DNA from: Candidatus Micrarchaeota archaeon
GTDB lineage: Archaea > Micrarchaeota > Micrarchaeia > Micrarchaeales > CABMGC01
DNA: 62,446 nucleotides
Direction of reading: 5' to 3'
NCBI GenBank assembly: GCA_021791245.1
Contig: JAJYWY010000003.1
Span: 1-62,446 of the forward strand
Made by a program: the position numbers and the translations under genes. How positions within the stretch are numbered: position 1 is the first letter of the stretch; each line of letters starts with the position of its first letter. Under the pieces are notes generated by a model. It was not told where the DNA came from and did not search any database. It saw only the letters and a program-made list of their open reading frames with translations. Below are positions 56,057 to 62,446 of this stretch, piece after piece.

Positions 56057-56707
56057 CTAATTGTTAATCTTTTTTGCTGCTATCCTGTATATTATGTATA
56101 ATAGTATTATGAATATTCCGATTCCCGCTATAGTAATCCCGGCATTCGACGTGGTGAGCGCATAATATCCGAATGCTATAAGCACAACGTCCCAGATTAC
56201 CGAACCGATCATTGAATAAAGGAAGAACTTTTTCTGGTCCATAAGCGCGAAACCCGCAGGAAAATTTATCAGGCCCCTTACCACAGGAATAAGCCTTGAA
56301 ATAAACACGGCAAAAGGCCCGTTTTTTGCAAACCACGCGTCGAAATTATCCAGAGTGCTTTTCTTTATTCTTAGCATGTTAAGATGCTTATACACCACAT
56401 CCTTTCCAAAGAAATATGCGATGTAATAGTCTATGGCCATCCCGATGAAATTTGCAAGGAGCACGGCAGGCAGCAAAAGGTAGGTGCCATAAGCTCCAAA
56501 CGCACCTTTCTCTGCAAGGTATCCTGCAAAAGGCAGAACAACCTCGCTTGGGATAGGACCCGATGCGGCCTCTGCAACCATGAGTATGAATATGGCAAGA
56601 ATGCCGTATGAATTTATAAAGTTCATGAAAGGGATTGTTGCTGATGAAAGATGCTGCATGCCTGATGACGCATTAATTGCAATCAATATGAACCACGTAG
56701 TATACAT
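56057..56707 (-). CDS. DedA family membrane protein
   Basis: E....PIPSEVVLPFAGYL, AVFISRLIPVVR.LINFPAG. Confidence 0.92.
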   Translation of the reverse strand: MYTTWFILIAINASSGMQHLSSATIPFMNFINSYGILAIFILMVAEAASGPIPSEVVLPFAGYLAEKGAFGAYGTYLLLPAVLLANFIGMAIDYYIAYFFGKDVVYKHLNMLRIKKSTLDNFDAWFAKNGPFAVFISRLIPVVRGLINFPAGFALMDQKKFFLYSMIGSVIWDVVLIAFGYYALTTSNAGITIAGIGIFIILLYIIYRIAAKKINN

Positions 56708-56757
56708 ACGGATACAATTGCTATTACCATTTATTATCCTTTTCGAAAAATATTATC

Positions 56758-57798
56758 TTGATGAAGATTTTCAAATTCAACGATGCCGAGAATACGCTTA
56801 AGCTTAGGCCAGATTCGTTCGACGACCTCTACCTGCTGGAAAGGGTGCTTGCAAAAGGCGACAGTGTAGAGGCTGCCACATTCAGGAGATTCAGACCTAG
56901 CGAGGGAGATGAAGGAGAGCAGAAGGAAGTGGTAATCAAGATACTCTTAGATGAAATAGAGCTGGACAAGAGCGCAATGCGCCTTAGGCTCACGGGCAAG
57001 ATACTTTCTGGAAGACCTGAAGAATTTATCCGGCTTGGCAGCTACCATACGATTAACGTTGCGCAGGGAGACACGATAGAGATACAGAAGGCAGAATGGA
57101 AGAATTATATAATAAGAAGAGTGAAGCAAGCTGTTCAGGAGACGCACAGGCCTAAGCTCAGCGTCATTGCATTAGACGATGAAAAAGCCACCCTTGCATA
57201 TCTGCGCGGATACGGGATAGACATAATTGCCGAGATATACAGCCATCTGAGCAAAAGGATGAAAGAAAGCGATTTTGCAAAGCAGAAGGTACTATATTTT
57301 TCGGATATAGCAAAATACTCTAAGGGCATGGAAGGCGACATACTGGTTATAGCAGGACCGGGATTCGAAAAGGACAATTTCAAGAGGTACTTGGAGCAGA
57401 ATGGAATAAACCTGGGAAAAAGGATTGTATATGCGGCCGTTAGCAATGCGGAAAGGTCCGGAGTTAGGGAAGCTGTGCAGAGCGAAGCTGTTGCAAAGCT
57501 AATGGAGCAGGAGCACATAAAGGAGGAATTCAATCTGCTTAACGTGTTTCTTCAAGGCTTAAACATTAATAAATCACATTACGGAATAGCAGATGTTGCG
57601 CATTCGCTGGCGGACTATTCTGCAGGAATAATACTTGTAAACGACAGGGTATTGAATGTAAAGGATTTCCAGGACGTGCTTGACAAAGCGGATTTGCAAA
57701 AAGTCAGAATAGAGATATTCAATTCCGACGATGAGGCAGGAATGCAATTGGCAAATTTCAAGGATATAGCTTCAATACCTAAGGAGATGGCATTATAG
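56758..57798 (+). CDS. pelA: mRNA surveillance protein pelota
   Basis: PDSFDDLYLL, LRLTGKI, GSYHTI, IAGPGFEK. Confidence 0.93.
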   Translation: MMKIFKFNDAENTLKLRPDSFDDLYLLERVLAKGDSVEAATFRRFRPSEGDEGEQKEVVIKILLDEIELDKSAMRLRLTGKILSGRPEEFIRLGSYHTINVAQGDTIEIQKAEWKNYIIRRVKQAVQETHRPKLSVIALDDEKATLAYLRGYGIDIIAEIYSHLSKRMKESDFAKQKVLYFSDIAKYSKGMEGDILVIAGPGFEKDNFKRYLEQNGINLGKRIVYAAVSNAERSGVREAVQSEAVAKLMEQEHIKEEFNLLNVFLQGLNINKSHYGIADVAHSLADYSAGIILVNDRVLNVKDFQDVLDKADLQKVRIEIFNSDDEAGMQLANFKDIASIPKEMAL

Positions 57799-57803
57799 GC
57801 GCT

Positions 57804-59252
57804 TTATGCAGAATACGAAACTACGCAGCTTGGGTAGCCATTCGCAACCGGCATATTGCTTGTTGGCTGCCATGTTTCGAGTGCGCCTGAACTTAGTATT
57901 GGAGAATAGTATACAGAATTGACGTTTCCGCTTCCATCGTTTCCGCCTATGCAGTATATGTTATTGTACGCGCTTACACAACTATTCCCCCAAACCGTTA
58001 TTGGATAGCTGTTTGTAGCCTGCCACTGGCCTATGTTGCCCCCTGAGATTGGCGCATAATATGCATAATCATAGGTAGTTGAACCTGAGCCTATGTAATT
58101 GTTCCCGCCTATGCAGTATATGTTTCCATTGGAGGCAGCGCAAGGATTGTTGTTTTCCCCAATTGGCACAGGATATGCGTTTGCAGCAATCCACGCACCT
58201 ATGCCGCCGCTTGACAAAGACGCATAATATACGGAATTTATGCCAGGCACTCCTGAATTTCCTCCAATGCAGTATATGTATCCGCCGTAATTAGCGCAAG
58301 CCTCGCTGGCTGCTGCTTTTGGATAATTTCCGGCAAACGACCATTGCACAGCCCCGGAGCTTGAAATAGGCGCATAATATGCGGCGTTGGCAAATATTCC
58401 ATATCTTTGCCCTGCAACACAGAAGAAATAGCCATTCTGCGTAGTGCATGATTGATAACCGTCTTCCAGCGGATAATTGGCTGTATATTCCCATGCGCCG
58501 AGCCCTGAATGCGATATGCTTGCGTAATATACCGTGTTAGAATATGTATATGGGCTGCCCTGGCCGTTATTGCCTCCTGAGCAATAAATGTATCCTTCGG
58601 AAACAACGCATGGCATTGCTAAATCATTTATCGGATATGGGGTTGTTGACTTCCATGAGGTTATCCCTGATTGCGAAATATACGAATAATATACGCTGTC
58701 CGAGAGTCCGGAAGAAGATCCGCCAACGCAATACACTTCTGGAAGCAATGATTGCGAAGGAGTAGATGTTGCAAAGAAAGAACCAGTAAAAGTTGCGTTC
58801 TCGTTTGATGAAGTGCAATGGGGCAGCATATTTACGCCTGCGCTGCACAGCTGCGCCTTTATCGAATACACGCCTCTTGCTAGAATATAGTCGTTTATAA
58901 CTACGTTTAGCTCTGATGTGCATATTGCCGCCTGCCCCGGATAAAGCAAATCCCTGTCGCATGAACCGGTAGTGAGGGAAGACCCTGTACCTATCCCTGC
59001 AGAGAAGCCGGTTATGTTAATAGGAGCATCCTGCGAATTGGAAAGCAATACGCTGATTGTTGTGGCCGTGGCATTTGCATACACTTCTACATTTTGGCAG
59101 TTCATTCCTCCGAATGAGGTGCAGCTTGGCTGGATCTCATTTTTAGGAACATTAAAGTAAAATATTATAGCAACTATGATGATGCCTATTATGACGAATA
59201 CAAATCCGTAGACGGTCATGAATTCTATTGCAGTCTGCGCTTTATGATCCAT
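57804..59252 (-). CDS. Class III signal peptide protein with Kelch-like beta-propeller repeats
   Basis: KAQ-TAIEFMTVYGF; about six repeats of YIYCIGG...VYYA.ISS.G...W.....YP. Confidence 0.85.
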   Translation of the reverse strand: MDHKAQTAIEFMTVYGFVFVIIGIIIVAIIFYFNVPKNEIQPSCTSFGGMNCQNVEVYANATATTISVLLSNSQDAPINITGFSAGIGTGSSLTTGSCDRDLLYPGQAAICTSELNVVINDYILARGVYSIKAQLCSAGVNMLPHCTSSNENATFTGSFFATSTPSQSLLPEVYCVGGSSSGLSDSVYYSYISQSGITSWKSTTPYPINDLAMPCVVSEGYIYCSGGNNGQGSPYTYSNTVYYASISHSGLGAWEYTANYPLEDGYQSCTTQNGYFFCVAGQRYGIFANAAYYAPISSSGAVQWSFAGNYPKAAASEACANYGGYIYCIGGNSGVPGINSVYYASLSSGGIGAWIAANAYPVPIGENNNPCAASNGNIYCIGGNNYIGSGSTTYDYAYYAPISGGNIGQWQATNSYPITVWGNSCVSAYNNIYCIGGNDGSGNVNSVYYSPILSSGALETWQPTSNMPVANGYPSCVVSYSA

Positions 59253-59300
59253 AATCCCAAAAGTTATTATGCTAAGCTGCTATAAAAATATGCTGCTATT

Positions 59301-60101
59301 ATGGATGCGCACATGGCCATTTACTTCTTCCCGAAAAAAAGCATGGGCCAAAATTTTCTGATGAACGATACTATAGCCGAATCGGAGGCAATGCATGGAA
59401 TAGGCAGGCACGTGATAGAGATAGGGCCAGGATTTGGCATGCTGACAAAAAAATTGTGCAAATATGCAGCTTCTGTAATCGCAGTAGAGAAGGATCCTTA
59501 CTTGTTCGAACGTCTGAAAAGAACCATAAAGTCAAGGAAGGTAAGATTTATTAAAGCTGATTTTTTCGATGTCGCGGATAACGAGTTAGAATTGGGAAAG
59601 AACCCCATTGTCATAGCAAATGTTCCATATAATATATCTGGAAAAGTGATAGAATGGCTTTCTCTGAAAGGAGTAGACGCCCTGCTCTGCCTGCAAAAGG
59701 AGTTTGTTGACAGGATGGTTGCAAAACCGGGCGGCAGGGATTATTCGAAATTAAGCGTGATAACATCGCTGTCCTTTTCCGCAACACGCTTGGGTGACGT
59801 GAAAAAAGGCAATTTCAGGCCGATGCCTAAAGTGGATTCCTCGCTTATTTATCTAAAGCCCAAAAATATGCATATTGATCCAGAGGCAATTAAGATGCTC
59901 GATCTGCTTATGCAGCACAAGAAGAAAACAGTGCGGAAAGCGATTATAGATTCAAGGTATTACCTGAAAAAAGACAAAAATAAGATTGTTGCCATGGCAG
60001 ATGCATTAAAGTACAAAGAAGAGCGTGTTTTTAACCTCGCGCCTGAAGTGCTTTTATCGATTAGCGAAGAGATATATGCAAAACAAAAACAAATGAGCTG
60101 A
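59301..60101 (+). CDS. rsmA: 16S rRNA adenine dimethyltransferase (KsgA/Dim1)
   Basis: KKSMGQNFL, IEIGPGFG.LT, ANVPYNIS, QKEF, F.PMPKVDS. Confidence 0.95.
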   Translation: MDAHMAIYFFPKKSMGQNFLMNDTIAESEAMHGIGRHVIEIGPGFGMLTKKLCKYAASVIAVEKDPYLFERLKRTIKSRKVRFIKADFFDVADNELELGKNPIVIANVPYNISGKVIEWLSLKGVDALLCLQKEFVDRMVAKPGGRDYSKLSVITSLSFSATRLGDVKKGNFRPMPKVDSSLIYLKPKNMHIDPEAIKMLDLLMQHKKKTVRKAIIDSRYYLKKDKNKIVAMADALKYKEERVFNLAPEVLLSISEEIYAKQKQMS

Positions 60102-60213
60102 AATAAACAAACTCTTTGCAATGCAAACTTTCAATACATCCATATATGGTTTATTCTAGAAACTTGAGTTTGCAGTCCTTGTCGCTAAGTGGAGGATTAA
60201 AAAGCGGTTTGGG

Positions 60214-60882
60214 CTAGAAATAATATTTAGGCTCTTGCACTTCCTTAAGTATGATCGCGTTCTTCGCCTTCTTCTTAAATGTCTCTTCGGCTTCGCGGGA
60301 TCCTTTTTCTCCGAGTAGCTGCTTGTAATGGATAGGCGCAGAATTGCCTGCATCTATATCGTAAGATGCTGCCGCTGCCTCTTCCGCATCCATGACATAT
60401 GTGCCTCCCATAGGCAGCAGTGACAGATTAGTGCCGATTCCTTTCATTTCCTCGATTCTGTCTGTATCTCCAGCGTGGTAAATGCTGAACTTGCTGGTCT
60501 CAAGGATATAGCCAACCCATCCGCTTTCCTTCGGATGATACTGTAGCTTGCCTTGTGTGTTGTTGTATGCAGGCACAGTCCTGTATCTTATCCCTGCAGC
60601 TTCCCCTTCCTCAAAAGGCTTTACTGCATGCACGTTTTTGTAATGGAGCTTTGGCCTGCATTCCAATGGTACGATGAATATAGTTTCGTCGGTAGCTATT
60701 TTTTCAATGCTCCCTATGTCGAAGTGATCGAAATGCGGATGTGTTATGAATATCGCGTCTGCCTTGCCATATTCCTTCCCAAGATTGAAAGGGTCTATGA
60801 ATATTCTCTTTCCATTCTCTTCTAAAATGAAGCTTGCATGTCCTATCCACTTAAGGTTTTCAAAATTCATTATTTCCACCAT
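60214..60882 (-). CDS. Metallo-beta-lactamase-fold hydrolase (UlaG-like)
   Basis: WIGHASF, ITHPHFDH, YHAGDT, PIHY. Confidence 0.9.
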   Translation of the reverse strand: MVEIMNFENLKWIGHASFILEENGKRIFIDPFNLGKEYGKADAIFITHPHFDHFDIGSIEKIATDETIFIVPLECRPKLHYKNVHAVKPFEEGEAAGIRYRTVPAYNNTQGKLQYHPKESGWVGYILETSKFSIYHAGDTDRIEEMKGIGTNLSLLPMGGTYVMDAEEAAAASYDIDAGNSAPIHYKQLLGEKGSREAEETFKKKAKNAIILKEVQEPKYYF

Positions 60883-60958
60883 AACTCCATTTTAATATTA
60901 ATTTAAGTTGGTTTAAGATAATAATATATAATATTACCAAGAATGATTTATAGAGATT

Positions 60959-62446
60959 ATGGGGAGCGGCATTTTAAAGGTTCCAGTTTTTCTTTTTCTT
61001 ATTTTAGCGCTACAGCTCTCCGTGCTTGAGGCAGTACAGTTTCCTATTGGCGCGCAATTCCGTACAGGCCTTCATCCGAGCCCTATATTCCAGGCAGCGC
61101 AGATACCATTATGTTCGATGACAGCACAGCAGATATACGCGGAGAGCCCTGCACAGCTGAATTCTCAATTATCACAGTCCTCGAGCTCTGGCCTTGACTG
61201 CCTGAGTCCAAGCCAGACAGATGCATTATACACTTCACAGGCAGTGTCTACGGGCCAGCTAAGCGAGAATTCGCTGGATTCCATAATAGGTTCTAACTCT
61301 GTTTCAACTGCAAGCCAGTCTGCGATTTCATCGCTGTTAAGCGGAATGAGCGGCCAGCAGATAGGGGGCCTGGGATTCGCATCTCTTTCTAACATGTTAA
61401 GTGATATGAATGGAAATACCATATCTGGAATCTCATCTTCCGCATTATCCAATCTGTTCTCGAATTTGGTGCCGGCGCAGATAGACGGCATCTCCACTGG
61501 CAGCCTGAGCAACATATATTCGGGCATGAATGCGCAGCAGATAAGCTCTATGCCTGCTTCTGCATGGGAAAACATGTTCATGGGAATGGCGCCGCAGCAA
61601 ATTGGCGGAATATCGACTGCAGCCATTACGAACCTGGCTAACAACCTTCAGGGGCAGCAGATAAGCCAGATCTCAGCTCAGGCATGGGGCAATCTCTTTG
61701 CCAATATGTTGCCTGTGCAGATCGGAGGCCTTTCAGCGCCTCAGATAGCTTCCATAGTAGGCAGCATGAATCCGCAGACCATATCGAATATGCCGCCCCA
61801 GGCGTGGGCAAACCTAGTCACGGATATGGCGCCTGGAACATTCAGCCAGATACCTACTTCTACGCTTATAACAATAATACAGAGCCAGCAGGCTCCGAAT
61901 GCCGCAGAAATACTTAGCGCAATACCGTCGCAGTACGAGGGAAGGCTCCTTGGCTCTATGTCGCCATCGCAGCAATCCGCAATAATAAGCATAGCAGAAC
62001 TCGGCACTGGCCAGCTCACAACGCAGCAGCTGATGGCTGGGCTCTCAGGCAGTTCGCTGGACAGCCTTCTCTCTGTGGCAACATCAGAGCAGCTGCCTGG
62101 TCTGGTAGGGGATCTTACCCCGCAGCAGCTCAGCACCCTCAACTCGCAGCAGATTGGCCTTCTTATGGCAAACCTTGCTTCATCTGAAGGAGGTTTTGGA
62201 AGCCTGCCTATTGGCACAATTGACCTTCTAATCTCAGAATCCCAGGATTACGGGAACATAGGATTAATCCTTTCTAGCCTGCCGCCCGGCACGCTGAACG
62301 GAGTGCTTTCTTCTATGCCGCCCGGCACGCTGAACGAGATATTCACCAATATGCCGCAGCAGTACATGCCGCAGATTGCAGCAGGACTTGCAGGAAGCTA
62401 CAGCACAGGAATAGTGCAGGAGCTCATACCCTCATCTCTCAACAAC
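60959..62446 (+). CDS. Large secreted repeat protein, 5' part; runs off the window edge
   Basis: Manual translation: signal peptide MGSGILKVPVFLFLILALQLSVLEA, then 20-aa S/Q/N/M-rich repeats; no stop seen before the edge. Confidence 0.85.
   Translation, partial: MGSGILKVPVFLFLILALQLSVLEAVQFPIGAQFRTGLHPSPIFQAAQIPLCSMTAQQIYAESPAQLNSQLSQSSSSGLDCLSPSQTDALYTSQAVSTGQLSENSLDSIIGSNSVSTASQSAISSLLSGMSGQQIGGLGFASLSNMLSDMNGNTISGISSSALSNLFSNLVPAQIDGISTGSLSNIYSGMNAQQISSMPASAWENMFMGMAPQQIGGISTAAITNLANNLQGQQISQISAQAWGNLFANMLPVQIGGLSAPQIASIVGSMNPQTISNMPPQAWANLVTDMAPGTFSQIPTSTLITIIQSQQAPNAAEILSAIPSQYEGRLLGSMSPSQQSAIISIAELGTGQLTTQQLMAGLSGSSLDSLLSVATSEQLPGLVGDLTPQQLSTLNSQQIGLLMANLASSEGGFGSLPIGTIDLLISESQDYGNIGLILSSLPPGTLNGVLSSMPPGTLNEIFTNMPQQYMPQIAAGLAGSYSTGIVQELIPSSLNN

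Overview
Archaeal chromosomal window, most consistent with a DPANN archaeon of the Micrarchaeota (ARMAN-like). This is an inference from the archaeal translation and transcription genes, the 'QSAMEYLMTYGWAIL' class III signal-peptide proteins and a tRNA with two non-canonical introns. Most of the window is housekeeping: truD, aIF2-beta, aIF1A, RIO1, XPF, Cgi121, a RecJ-like DHH protein, GGGP synthase, RNase Z, Dph2, uL16, eL21, histone, thioredoxin, HisRS, geranylgeranyl reductase, AglB, class II RNR with NrdR, RNase HII, LeuRS, pelota and RsmA. There are three tRNAs (Ser-CGA, Val-GAC, Lys-TTT), several surface or pilin-like proteins and orphan genes. Standout observations: (1) a 9-gene, tightly coupled Ced/T4SS-like operon (VirB2-like pilin, VirB6/CedA-like membrane protein, two VirB4/HerA-like ATPases) with repeated operator-like motifs upstream; (2) two unlinked half-size, single-repeat TBP genes; (3) three conserved genes (leuS, rnhB, rnz) whose family-typical N-termini start at non-canonical codons (CTG, ATT, GCG) exactly 4 nt after a GGTG(A/T) Shine-Dalgarno motif; (4) tandem NrdR boxes; (5) a CBS-HPF hibernation-factor-like fusion; (6) an N-terminal-only RqcH; (7) an unannotated 38-aa basic ORF; (8) IS200/IS605-end-like repeats. 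No CRISPR array, rRNA, integrase or intact transposase was seen. All calls come from reading motifs by eye; no database searches were run.
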